A stretch of DNA of 64,000 nt from Blasia pusilla (Eukaryota). A program made the translations under genes and the position numbers. The notes under the pieces are model-generated. The model worked only from the letters and a program-made list of their open reading frames with translations. It did no database searches and had not been told where the DNA came from. Where the stretch lies: assembly GCA_050084515.1 (NCBI GenBank), contig CM114271.1, forward strand, positions 23,684,001 to 23,748,000. The letters run 5' to 3'. The stretch's first letter is position 1; every line of letters starts with the position of its first letter. Shown one piece after another: positions 38,401 to 51,523 of this stretch.

Positions 38401-41400
38401 CCCTCGCTGCAAAGCCCATGATCCCTTCGTGGCATTGGGACTGACTCTGGAACGACGGCTGACAGATGATCGATGTTGGGTTTCTTCCTTTGGGTGGCTA
38501 GATACACTCGCAGCTGCTGTCAGTCCCCCAGTTTAGTACCCTGCATGGATGAGGGTGTCAGCAGATTCCGGTGGCCAAACCTTGGCCACCGTCTCGAGCC
38601 AGGTGGTAAATCCTGCATAAGACGAGGATGAACCTCGTCATCTTCCCATCGGCATCTTCGGTTGCTCTCACTCGCAGACCCAGCATTGATTTTGGACCAA
38701 CTCCTTGGAGAGATTTCTTGGGCTACTTCTACCCCGTCTCTTTTCCAGTGAGCACTTATGAGCGCGTAGAGTCGTTGGTCAACATTGGGTCAAACCCATA
38801 GAAGCTTCCCTTCTATGGCCAAGCGAAGCGCCTGCATAAGAATGAGCACGCATTAACCCATTCCTCATTTTGAATCCCTATTCTCCTCGTGTGGCCTCAC
38901 TCGCAGGCCCTACCACCATTGTTTTTAGACCAACTTCTCGGTGGCAACTTTCGAGCGGCCCTTCTCCTCACTTTCACATTGAGGTAGCATAGGCAGGCAC
39001 GTAGACCGCTCGCTCAACAGCATGTCTAACCCCTACAGCTTTCCTTCTATGTTCAAGCGATAAGAATGAGCATTAATTCCTCATTTCCCTGTCGTCCTCG
39101 CCTGACCTCACTCACAGATCGTTCTACACCAACTTCTCCGTCACCTCTCGTGCGGCATTTCCTTCTTTTCAGTGATGTCATACAGCCATGCAGGTAGAAT
39201 CGTAGAGCGATTGCTCAACAGCTTGTCGAACTCGAACAGCTTCCCTTCTGTGCCGTCTATTCTCTACACCCCCCGTGCGGCCACTGCCGCAGGCCCAACT
39301 AAGAGTGTTTCTGTCCTACTTCTTGGTGACGCCTTTCGTGCGGCTTTTCCTACTTTTAATGAGGTCATACGGACATGCACGCAGGCAGCGCGATTGCTCA
39401 ACAGTTTGTCGAACCCCATAGTGCCTTCCCTTCTATGTCCAAGCGATAAGAATGAGCACCGAGCCATCATTTCCCTGTTCTCCTCGTCTGGCGTCATTCG
39501 CAGGCCCTAGCTGGATTGTTTCGGACCGACTTCTTGGTGATACCTCCCTCCCGTGCGGCTTTTCTTCATTTTTATGTTGAGAGGCCATAGAGGTAGGTAG
39601 AGCGATTGCTCAACAGTTCGTCAAATCCATGGAGCCTTCCTTTATATGCTCTAGCGAAAAGCATGCACAAATTGAATATCCCAGGTTGCACCTGATTCGA
39701 TGCGCTAAACTTTCAGCAGCCCAACGTGCGCATCCGGTAGCTTTCGTGAGACCCCTAGCTGATCTCCAAAATGCAAGTCCTTAGTTGTCTGTTGTACCCG
39801 TTTGTAGAATGGTTGAGGTCTACAGTTTGGCGCAACCTAGTAAACCTGAAACTGAGTAAATCTGGGAAGAAGTGGGTGAGGGTATGACTTGAATTTGACG
39901 ATTCACTTTCTCAGGTGCAAGAGAGAGAGATTGTGCGACAAAGTGAAGGTACGCATGAACTTGAGACGAAGATTCTGGAGAACTTGGTAGAGCACATATC
40001 CCTTGAGAAGAAGGGGGCTCAAAATATCTTGCATTCGATCGCGGGACTTCGTCAGCTGGCGAAGAAGGAAGATATGATAGCCACAGAAATCGAGTTTGAT
40101 CTTGCACGAATCCGAGTTGATGTTTTGTCTGTACGTGCCTATAATGAGAACTGCAAACTGGCGATGGAAGCTGTGAATAAGGAGGTCGACGAGAAGCTCC
40201 TCCACATCAGTAAGATACAGGCAGAGATCAGGAAGAGACACGCGGAAGTGGAGATGAAGACTAAGGAGATCGACAGACTCAACAAGACATGTTTCAAACT
40301 GACATCGAATATGCAAATTGGGGACCAGACTCCATGGGACCATATAATGACCAATATCAAGTACGAAATTCAGAAGATCGTAAGATCCTCTAGTGAGAAG
40401 CAGAAACGATGGCTACTGATGCAGACGGCTTTGATCAATCTCGTCACACAGACTAATGACTTATCGGAGAAGTATCAGAAGAAGGATGCCGAGAGACTGG
40501 TGTTCACCAAAAGGAAACAAAGAGTCGATACGCAACGAGATGCGATCAAGAAGTGCATTCAAGATCTCGATAAGAAAGTGCACTCAAAGAGGGGAGTTAT
40601 ATTGAGGTACTCTACTACAACCCAAATCTCCCCCAAACTCTCCTCTCCATGAGGGTGGATTGCCCTCAAACCTTGTTACCTTATATGTGTTCATTCAACA
40701 AGGTTGAGGCGCTTTTGGCACACTTACGAGACCTATATTCATTAGTTTTTGCTAGTACCCACTAATTTTGCACCAGATCTGCTTTCACTTGCCCAATTTT
40801 GAAACCAACTCAACACTATGTTCATGATTCGACTTTCCGTTGTATTAATTTGAATTCTCTCTTGCCGAACTGCTACTAAATGATGGTGCTCAGTTTAGAC
40901 AGATTTTGGCAAAAAAATCAATGACGTCCTCCTAATCTTTGAGACTTGTAAATTTTTTAATGGAGCTGATCCACCACTCGGGACACACTTTTTTGGGATC
41001 GTCGAGGGTTTAGGGAAACACATAAACCTGAACGCTCTCATAGAATGAGAAGGTCGAAATGCTATGCCAAGATGTGTGGATTAAACCGTGTGAGAAAGAA
41101 GAGAAATGTTGCTCGTGATGTTGTAGGCTGAATGACATGGTGGCCAAAAACGCAACTTTGGAGGAGATGTTGCAGAAAGAAAATGCGAACTTACAGAGTA
41201 GCAACTATGCGCACCTCAAGGAATTGGGGCGGGATCTTGTGAGATTGGAGGAGCAGATTGGGCAGTCAACAAATGAAAAGTCTTACGCTCTCAAACATCT
41301 CGATGAGTTGGAGCACCATGCAATGCTTTGGAAGTATAAGATTTCCTTCGAAATTCAAACGCAAGTGAGAAGCCACTCACCATTTTGCCATTCCTGTCAG

Positions 41401-43365
41401 CCTCCTGGCAACGCTTTTGACTGCTATGGCAAACCCGACAAGCCCATCATTCCAACCTGAGTTGAACTGGCACTGTCCTGCACTTGTGGCCCTAATTCTG
41501 GGTAGATGCATACAAATGGCGGTGTGTGGATTTTGACTTTGCTAGAGCAGCGCTACCACAATGTCTATCCACCATCGACCAGAGCCATCACTTCCCTCAG
41601 CGGTTGAGATGAGGCTCTCTATGATCTATCTCGTTGCGAGGACAAAAGTGGATTCCGTTTCCTATCGAAACAACTAATGTGCACCTACATTCCTTGTCCA
41701 GTGTGAGGGTCGTAGTCAGTTTAGGAGGAGTTAGTCGCCTGCTTAACCGCATTCAGCTGCTACAAAACCTGTCCAGGATCAACGAAATCTCACACTAAGC
41801 TGCTGAGGTCCTACACATGTTCTTGGTCTTTGCTGAGGTAAGAGAGCGCGGTGCGTTGTGTGCAGGCACAGATCGATCCACATGTTGGTCGTGCGACAAT
41901 TACAGCACTCAAGAAACGATGTGATCGACTGCGTCTGACAATTGATGGTCTGTCAGTGGTTCGAGAAAAGTTGATCCAAGAACTTGAGAGTCGGGTGGCA
42001 AACCGCAAAACAATTGATACAAAAATAAAGGTTACTGCTGGATACGTGCAACTAGATCGGTCACTGAAAGTTTAGCCATAGTTAAGAGCGGACGAGAGGG
42101 TAGTTATCATTCCGGCTCGCCTCTCATCTGTGATTGCGACAGCTTTTTCTTCTATGCTCGGTTCCCACTGATTAGTCACATCTCACCTTTCCTTGACTAC
42201 TGTTGCCGAAGTGCTCAGTATCCATCTACTCTCGTACCCCTTCCGAAACCTCCGTTCTCCACATCTCCAGTGCTGATCCACCATTTGCACTTCTCTTCTT
42301 CCCAAATTGACCACGGATCAGTTCGATTCGGCACTTGCATCGAGCGTTTCGCTTGGGCTGAATCATGTTATTTTCACTAGATACACGCATCTCGTGTGAG
42401 TACTTGTCCACATGGGACGGCTTCTATCGCGTGATTTGCAAGTATGTTGAACAGATCAGTACGTATGTAAGGTGTTTCTCTGCTTGTTCTTAGTCTACAT
42501 TAACGAAAGGGATTGTCAGATTTTGCTGATCTGCCGGTTAACGTAATCGCAGGCAATGAGCCAAAGGAAAGGGGTGGATGGACCCGCCAGTCTCGAAGCC
42601 AACCTTTTGAAAGGCTGCAAAGAACTTAAGAGAGCCACCACAGAGACAGACAAAACCAGCATCCGCATCGACGGCCAACTCGAAGCGTACGAAGTAAAAA
42701 GAAAGCAATTAGCTTCCGAAGTGGACCGTCTCACCGATGTCATTCAATCAATAGTGAAGGAGCAGGAAGTTTTGAGGTTTTCGTATCATCAAAACTTAAT
42801 GCCATGAGAACGCAGAGTGGGACGTATCTTAATTAACGTGTGCAACTAGATTGGTCACTGAAAGTTTAGCCATAGTTAAGAGCGGACTAGAGGCTAGTTA
42901 TCATTCCAGCTCGTCTCTCATCTGTGATTGCGACAGCATTTTCTTCTATGCTCGGTTCCCACTGATTAGTCACATTACACCTTTGGCACAGGCCAAGATG
43001 AATTGAGCTAAGATCTGACCTTTCGTCACATTACCGAATACGAAAGTTACTATTACACCTTCACGTTTGGGGGCATGTGCAGGAACCAATTGAGAGACAC
43101 AAACTATCACAGATCGTTGCAGCTCATGGCCACAGCCTTGCAACAGCGCTTGTGTAAGAGGTACGAAGAAGTGAGGGCAGACAGGTGGACAGTGAAGTTG
43201 AAGACCACGTTAGAAAATGAACTGACTGAGTCGCAACGAAAGTGCAACGATTTGGTTGGGGTAGTGAGGTTGATGATGGAACGACTTCCAGAGGTGGTAC
43301 CGAAATTAGATATGATGGAAGCACAGTTGTCATTTGTTATCAAAAAATCAACTTTCACGTACTAA
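35485..43365 (+). CDS. CCDC40: Coiled-coil domain-containing protein 40 (axonemal ruler component, FAP172-like), multi-exon
   Basis: GT-AG exons 35485-35808, 36077-36389, 36811-36956, 37985-38278, 39915-40606, 41127-41364, 41866-42030, 42553-42776 and 43083-43365 join in frame. Motifs HPALERAQIAL, REEAGVVLYGMQ, IAVNRRATYAAEE and KKEQDL match my recollection of CCDC40. The start may lie in an upstream exon (AG just before the ATG). Confidence 0.78.
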
Positions 43366-43809
43366 ATAAGACTCCGATAAAAGAAGTGTCCCAGACGTGG
43401 AGTTCACTTGACAAAAACTACTACTGTGGATGGTTTCCAAAGAGGAGCCTATCTCACATTTATGAAGGGAGTGTAGGATTACGTGAGAGGTACGAAGAGT
43501 GAGGGCAGACAGATGGACAGTGAAGTTGAAAACCACGTTAGAAAATAAACTGACAGAGTCGCAACGAAAGTTCAGCGATTTAGTTGTAGTGATGTTGATG
43601 ATGGCACGACTTCCAGAGGTGGTCCCGAAATTAGATATGATGGAAGCACAGTTGTCCTTTGTTAGAAAAAAATCAACTTTCACGTACTAAATAAGACTCC
43701 ACTAAAAGAAGTGAGACCCAGACGTGGAGATCACTTGACAAAAACTACTGCTGTGGATGGTTTTCATAGAGGAGCCTATCTTACATTTATGAAGGGAGTG
43801 TAGGATTAC
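43154..43809 (+). repeat. Tandem duplication (about 328 bp x2) of the CCDC40 last-exon 3' part plus 3' UTR
   Basis: 43154-43482 is repeated at 43483-43809; ORF 43499-43690 repeats RADRWTVKLK..STFTY. Confidence 0.9.
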
Positions 43810-44632
43810 AAGTACTGGTTTAAAGACCAACTTTTCAATGCGTTTCTAATTTGGTGACACATCCAAACTGGTAATTGAGTTTTGGGTAGAAGAATTATGG
43901 TGGCACTTGGGTAGTTGTACCGACATTTCGATCACTACCATGCCTTACCTCATTTTGAGAAGTCAAAGATATCTGCTGAAAATGAAATGTTAAATACAAT
44001 TCGTTCCCAAATAATCCTCACTATTCTACCCATGAAGCTCTTCCATGAAACCACCACTGGCGCTACATTTAGATACTAACCACGGATCCTGGTGGGGAAT
44101 ATGACATGTCTCCCAAGATAGTGTTCACAAATCGAGAAGGTTTTTTCAGTCAATCTATGCATCAACGGAAGTTCAAAACTCGTACTTAGGGTCTTTCCTT
44201 TCACCCCTTCTTCGGAAAATAAACGACTAATATTCACGTTCAAGACAGTGCAAGCAGAATTTTCTAACGCAGATTTTTGTTGGAATGCTATGTCCAGGTC
44301 ATCTTTCGGCACATTCCCGCACATACATCTAGACACACATAAAATAAGGGAACATGACTTGCACGTCTATCATGTCACCTGTCAATGCCACATTTGTTCT
44401 TTCTCAACAGGAAAATACAAATAACTCGACTGTCCCGTCAAGGGGTTCATAGAAATTGATGACACTCGGTCCACAATTGTGAACTTGGATCGATCTCTTT
44501 CAGCATTCGCTGTGAGTGCTACACCAGGGCCAGAAGAACACTATGAGCTCTTAAGTGAGGACAAAAATTTCAAGGCAGGTATTTAAAGCAGCCTGGAATA
44601 GAAGGAGTGGGCGCCATCTTGGAACGAGCAAC

Positions 44633-45753
44633 CTAGTCGAAAAGCGAGAAACCCATGTCCTGCACACAAATTAACCAGAACACGACTTAGTCTCCCATCA
44701 AGTAAGAGACTACGGGATATGGATATTAAGTTCCTCTTTGATGTTTCAATCAATATGTGCAAAACTTCGGAGGTGATTTAGAGAGCAGATGGTAATGCGG
44801 GTGGATCGCACAGGTTTCTGCAACTTTAGGGTTTAGTATCGAATCGGAGAGTTTCTGCCCACAACTCCCCGTGGACAACTTAAAGTTGAAACTAAATTAT
44901 GACAGCCAGGCCTCATACACCAGGAACTAGAAGTCAGTGGTACATTGCCCCGCAATCTGGTCGAATTTGCATATCCAAGCTGGAGATGAGCACAAATCGA
45001 GACTACGGGATGGGCACATCAGTCCTATCCATAAGTTAGACCAGATAACTAGACATCTCTAGCGCGTTGACGCTAGAGATGTCTAGCCTGTGCAAGTCAA
45101 ACGCTTGCAACTCACACATTAAAACACAGCAGAGTACCATTCCCAAATACAAATTAAGAGAACGCAGTAACTTACGTCGTCAGACTCTTCCTTGGGTTCT
45201 TCCTTCTTTTCCTCTTCCTTGGCTGCCTCTGCCGCTGGAGCAGCGCCGCCGCCGCCTCCACCAGAAGAGACGACAACGCCACCGCCACCTCCTGAGGGAA
45301 CTGAAGCGAACTTCTCCTTACCGTTGGCGATGACTTCAGTGATATCCTTTCCCTCGAGCTCCTTCAACAGGAAGTTAATCTTGACATCATCGGCCTCAGC
45401 CCCCACTGCACCGTTTTACGTGTTAGCATCCTCGTCTCACCATTTGGATTCCATGCGTTATTCAAAGCACAGACTCAATCGATTTCTGGAAATCATTCTA
45501 GGACTAAAACCAATGACCGTCGCTTGCTTCTAAGGCTGCACTCACTCACAATCAGACTTTGAGGAAACCTAGTGCACAACCATACCGGCTCGGACAGGCG
45601 TGCCGCACCCAAAAACAACATCGACGGAGATCCAGAGGAAGACGGTTAAATGACTCCGAAAATACCTGAGGCGAAGATGGCCTTGATGTCCTTGGCGGAA
45701 GGGGAAGGGTTTCCGCCCAAAAGCGCCAAGAGGTAAGCAGCAACCACCTTCAT
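44633..45753 (-). CDS. RPLP2: 60S acidic ribosomal protein P2 (114 aa, 3 coding exons)
   Basis: Exons 45753-45666, 45405-45176 and 44659-44633 give [15 protein letters not shown]...[14 protein letters not shown]...[21 protein letters not shown]. Confidence 0.95.
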
Positions 45754-45928
45754 TTTCGCCGATGGAAACAGGAATTCAAGAGATGCACTCGCGAGCGGCT
45801 CCAGACAAGCACGACGTCGGATGCGAAAGAGTGAGAGAGAGCCTGCGTTTCGCACAAGAGGAGGAGAAAAGGACGATCTTCTGCCCTGAAACACCACAAA
45901 ACTCGAAAGAGGGAGGCTATCGGCCGCC

Positions 45929-45937
45929 AAACCCTAA
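45929..45937 (+). promoter_or_regulatory. Telo-box (AAACCCTAA) upstream of the P2 gene
   Basis: Exact motif about 180 bp upstream of the ATG; typical of plant ribosomal protein promoters and 5' UTRs. Confidence 0.55.
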
Positions 45938-46459
45938 CAGGCATAACGACGGGCAACCACTGAACTTTGTGAGTGTCGACTCCCAACGGACGGCGCTGGC
46001 GACGGGGCAGTCTTAGGCCGTAGGCTATTGAACGGTATCTGGGTCGATCTATTGTGGCGAGACCTACGCCGTTATACGGCCGCGGGATCTCATCGACGGC
46101 GCCCTCGACGGCGGGCACAGAAATGTTCAGTTCGGTTGTACAGAGCGCCACGCGCGCAGTTAAGGGATTCTTGAAGCCGACGCAGTTATGGCGCGGCAGC
46201 AAGGGAGTTCAACTCGCGTGGTGGAGTTCACGGCTGAGGATGGGACAATCGCCGCTTTTAGCTCTTCCGGTTATTTTGCTTCTCACAAAATTAGCACGAC
46301 GGGTGGTTCAAATCGTCGTAGACGACTCCCGTAAGACTCTTTACGGCCATCCGTAAATCTAAAAAGGGAGCCTCATGAGGTCTTTGGGGATATAGCGATT
46401 TCCAACACAAAGGGAGACATGGTGTGCTTTCCAATTTGATATATCAAGCTTCTTATTTA

Positions 46460-47522
46460 CTAGTAAGGTGAATAAAAAAGGGTTTGAATATTTTTTGTTA
46501 GTGTATAGTCTATGAAAGTGTTAAATTTTTTTCTTATTGTTTATAGTATGTGAAACATTTTCTTGTTATCCAATTGTGAATGTTTTTTTGGGCCAATTAT
46601 CATGTGCCAAACAGAATGGTGTTTACAAATAAAAAAGCACTCTTCAAAAAAAATCTAGATTTTAAAATAAACTAGTAAGGTGTCCGTGCGATGCCCAGAA
46701 AATAAAAAAGTGTTTGAAGAGTTAGTGTATACTCCGTGAAGGGAAGAGATAAATGATGCTGAACATAAATTCAAAATTTTTTTCTTGCTGCCCGTAGTAT
46801 GTGAAACATTTTATCGTTGCCCAGTTGTCACGTGTCAAGGAGAGAGGTGTTTGCAAATCAAGAAGGCACTCTCCCATAATAATATAGATAAGGTGCACAT
46901 GCCATGCAAGGGAAATAAAAAGTGTTTGAAGAGCTAGTGTATAGCTCGTGGAAAGAAAAAAAAATTACACATAAATTCAAAATTTTTTCTTGCTGCCCAT
47001 AACATGTGAAACATTTTCTTGTTGCCTAGTTGCCACGTGTCAAGCAGAGAGGTGTTTGCAAATCAAGAAGGTACTCTCCCATAATAATATATAAATAAGA
47101 TGCTCGTGCGATGCACGGGAAATAAAAAAGTGTTTGAAGAGCTAGTGTATAGCCCGTGAAGGGAAAAGATTAATAATATTGCACATAAATCTAAAAAATG
47201 TTTCTTGCTGCCCAAAACATGTGTAACATTTCTTGTTGCCCAGTTGTCATGTGTCAAGCAGAGAGGCGTTTGCAAATCAAGAAGGCACTCTCCCATAATA
47301 ATATAGAAAAGGTGCTTGTGTGATGCACGGGAAAAAGAAGAAGTTTGAAGAGCTAGTATATAGCCCGTGAAGGGAAAAGATTAATGATATTGCACATAAA
47401 TTCAAATTTTTTTTCTTGTTGCCCATTACATGTGAAACATTTTCTTGCTGCCCAATTGCCACGTGTCAAGTAGAGAGGTGTTCGCAAATCAAGAAGGCAC
47501 TCTCCCATAATAATATAGATAA
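46460..47522. repeat. Tandem repeat, about 210-bp unit, 4 well-conserved copies plus 1 diverged
   Basis: Recurring aaataaaaaagtgtttgaagagctagtgtata, tgtgaaacattttcttgttgcc and gcaaatcaagaaggcactctcccataataatata at about 210-bp spacing. Confidence 0.85.
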
Positions 47523-50500
47523 AAATCATATAATTACGAGAATACCAGATGTGGCCTTTAATGAGGATAGAAGCCCAGTATAGCTAGTCAAGTGTGAGCC
47601 TTAGGCCATAGCAAGTTTTATGGCAAAAGTTGTTCTACGAGTTGTTTTAGGGCAAAGGTTGACCTATTCTATAAGCTCTTCCATCCCATATGGTCATTGT
47701 AAATATGGGCCCCAAAAGTAGTGGGTATATGAATGGATGGTTGTCCTTGAGCCCTCCACATAACATCAAAGCTTCCATTTTCAACAAAAAGATGTTGGTT
47801 TGGTAGCAATTGACATTTTCGTGTTGCTATCAACCCTTTGCCTCGCATCGTAGCGGCTTTCGATGGGTTCCATCATATAAGGCCCTTGGGGGGATTGTAA
47901 ACCCAAGCTGATCTTGTGCCCAGGGGTCCGAGGAAATTTCTTTTTCATGAGAATTGGTACATTTCTGGACAATACAAAAGAGAACGGTAAATTTTAGAAA
48001 TTTCTTGATTCCAAGCGGCTATTTGGATACAAATACAAAGGAGAGTTCGAGTATTATGTCTGTTTTTGGCCGGTGATTGAAAAATTGATTCGGCAATTTT
48101 AAAATTCTTCCGGCTAGCTCAACATGTAATCCCGATTCTCCCCGTAAATTTCTCATGCCCATCTTTTTGCATCTTATAGTAAGTTATGATCATGAAATAC
48201 TTGCTTATGCAAAAATGATTAATTTTGTGCTCATGCCATGTGCCGCACGAATAGAACCCTCTCAAGCTTACAAAAATTGATAAATCTATGTTATAATTGG
48301 GGCCCTCACATGCACGATAAGAAAAATAGTAAAAAGTTTGCAATTTTGTCCCTTATGCACAGTTGATATTTTGAGAAGGGAAAAAATTTGAATGGAAGAA
48401 GGAAATGCTTTCACTAATTAAGATTAACTAATGATTTGATTAGTAGGCGTTATGTTGGTGGGAGAAGTGAGTGGAGGGGGAGGAGTAGATATTGTTCAAA
48501 CTTTTATGGAAGGATAGAATTATTGAGGGGAGTGGGGTATTATTTAAATTTTGATTCAAGAGTGGATTTATTTAAAAGAGTGGAATGTTATTAATCCTTT
48601 AATATTTAAGGAAATAGAAATTATGCTTGAAGGATGGGGACATGCGAAGGGTGTTTCACGGGTGCATTGACGGGACGTGGGGACAAGTTGGCAGGGGTGC
48701 ACAAAGTGGTCGGGACTTGGCAAGTTGGCAGAGGACGCGAGATGCGTGAAAAATGCTTAGACAAGTGTACAAACACCAACTTTGTTTGGATGAAACCTTG
48801 AACACGTATGGCGTTGTTGGAGAGTTTTAAATTCCCTAACCCTTGGTCTAATGCCCAATGCACACAAAAAATTCTTATTAAAAATTTCCCGATTTTGAAA
48901 ATAAGAATAAATAAGAGGAGAAAATCTTTGGCCCAAAAAGAATCTAAATTTATTTTAAAATAAAATTGATATGGCATCCATAGTTTACATTCAACGGTTA
49001 GTAAAATGGAAAAATACTTATATTCCAAAAAACTACAACATAATTTACTAAATTTTCATTTAGCATATGTTTAAGAACGCTACAAATAAAACTTCATCTT
49101 AAGAAAGTTTGAAAGACACTTTGCATGAATTAATTTTGAGAATCGCATTCAAAAAATCTTGTATTTTAAGTTTAACGTGTTTAGGGTTAGGATTATTCTA
49201 ACCAATTTTAAATTCCAAAGTACATGGTTAATTTTGGATTTTGGAAATAAACACATGGTGTCCATAGAAAATTTTCAATTAAATTTTCTTAACTCTTTAA
49301 TAATAATCATAAAAATAAAGATAATATTTTAATTTCCCAAAAATTCAAGAAAAATTATCATATTCAAAAATTATAATTCTATAATATTAAAAAATATAAA
49401 TAAGAAAATAAGAAAATGGTAAAGTTTTAATAAAAAAATTGGACTAATTTTAGGATTCTTGAAGACAAAACTAACAAGGACTAGGAGGGAGATTTTATCA
49501 AAATCTTGAATTTCAGAATTTAGGAAAAAATAAAAACTTCTACAATTTTTTGGGAATGGCTCTATTAGCATTTTGAAGGCACACATAAGGAATTTTATTG
49601 CATGCGTGAGCTCTTAAGGAAGCACTAGTCTAATGGCTCCGACTAATTCACCAAATGGGGGGGAGGATGGCCCCCCCACACACACATATTGTCATGACCA
49701 TACGGATTATGTCGTAGAGTATAGTGTGCTAGTAGAGGACATTCCTTATGTAGGACCGTAGTGGCTTGGTAGAGATGCGGTTCCATACATAGGGTTGGGG
49801 TTACTCGGTTGGGGTGAGTTTCCCAGAGGGGCCCACTCTTAGGTTGGAGGATATAAGGTGGAGTGCACTCAAAGAAACGTCGAGTTCTTTGAGTTGAGCC
49901 TGCTATGCGTTGGGAGTTAGCCTTGGTAGTGAGTAGAGCTCTTGGTTATGGTGTTTCCAAGCTTCGACCTGGATTCTCCCCATCGTGGAGTGGGTTTGGC
50001 TCGATTGTATGTGATTATAAACGTGTTTTATGACATGAGGTCTTTCACGGATTTCACTCAAAGAACTGGAGTAGATCGATGGTAGCCGATTGTAGATCAA
50101 TGGGGATCTGGTTAGGGCTGATTGTGTACTCAGCCGTGGATGTTCGTGGCTTGTGGCCTATGTTGGAGGTGTGAATCTGGTGCGCGGTTGGTTGGGAAAG
50201 AAGCGCCTTTTGAGAGCTTTCCAACGCGCTGTAGATCGCGGATTTCGTCAAGAGAGTTGGAAGTTATCAAGCATTGAAGATTCGGTCGTGTTCGGCCGCT
50301 TTTTCGATGTGGAGAGCTTGGAGTGCGGAAGGCTGTGTTGAAGTTCATCCAGATCGGGTGAGAGGTTCTGTTGCTACTGTATTGTGATCTCCGTGAATCT
50401 ATATCGCTTTCGAGTGTGTGGAGCGTTGCGGATTTCTGCGTGCATGAAACTTGGCGGAAGCGCTGTCGGATTTGCGATTCTGGACAACAAGTTTGTTTGA

Positions 50501-51523
50501 TTTTTAGCTCAGAGTACAGAGCTCGGTTGTAGCTGATTTTTTGTGGAGGGATAGCTATGGTGGTCAATAGATATACGTGACCGAAACAGATTTGATTTCG
50601 GTCACGTATTTGTGAAGTAATTTCTGATCGAAATTTCGCGGACTAGCTCGAGGTCTGGCTATGGTGGAGAGCGGATCGGAGGGGCTAGTTGGTTGGTGAC
50701 TCGTTCATTTTTGGAGACGCCTATCCCATTGGGGGCGCCCTGGTTGGACCTTTCTCCATAGCAAAGCATGGCGAAGCGTGGCGAACGGGGCATGTCTCGA
50801 GCATTTCTCGGCGTTTTGAGGCTTCGAGGCAACTCGTGGTAGCTCGGGACGAGTGGGCGTGAGAGGCGGAGTAAGGAGCAAGGAGCAAGCAAGCAAGCTT
50901 GCTTGCTTGGGCGTGAGGCAATTTTTGCAGGATTTGGGATTTGAGTTTTGCATAATCTGGTCACCATCTTTGGGCTATTTCGCTGGAGGACGCTTAAGCG
51001 CCGAGTTCTTAACTATGCCAATGTGTCTGCATGTTGTAGCTCATTTGGTCTTTGTTCGGAGATGTGTTAGGCGCTTTATGCATCTCAGGTTTTTGGTTGA
51101 TGTACCTCTAGCGCATAGTACGGTGTAGCCTCTCCATGCAGGTGATATTTTCAGGTCTTTGGCGTTACTAGCACGTCATCGACCCTTGGCGGAGTAGCTA
51201 TTGCGTTAGAATTGTGTGGTGGGTTTTGTGGATTCAGAGGGCACCACGTTTGGTGGATTGTGTTACCTTGATTTCCATTTGCGATTGGAGGGTTGTCGTT
51301 GGATTTCTGTGTTTGGATCCCCTCCATCGTGCTTTTGCTTGGCGCCCATTGTTAGGGTTGACGCTGATTTCGAGTAGTGTTACTCCTATGTGCTACCGGT
51401 AGTGAGGTGGAGGGATGACGAGTAGATTGTGGGAGACTTCTTGTGGTGATGACAAGTTAGGTTGCCTACACCCATAGCTAGTAGAGCTAGAATAGTATAG
51501 CGACATCGGCGTCACTTGGTAAT

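Noticed and set aside
46460-47522. CRISPR array
   Set aside because: Eukaryotic context; units are whole tandem copies without unique spacers; no cas genes.
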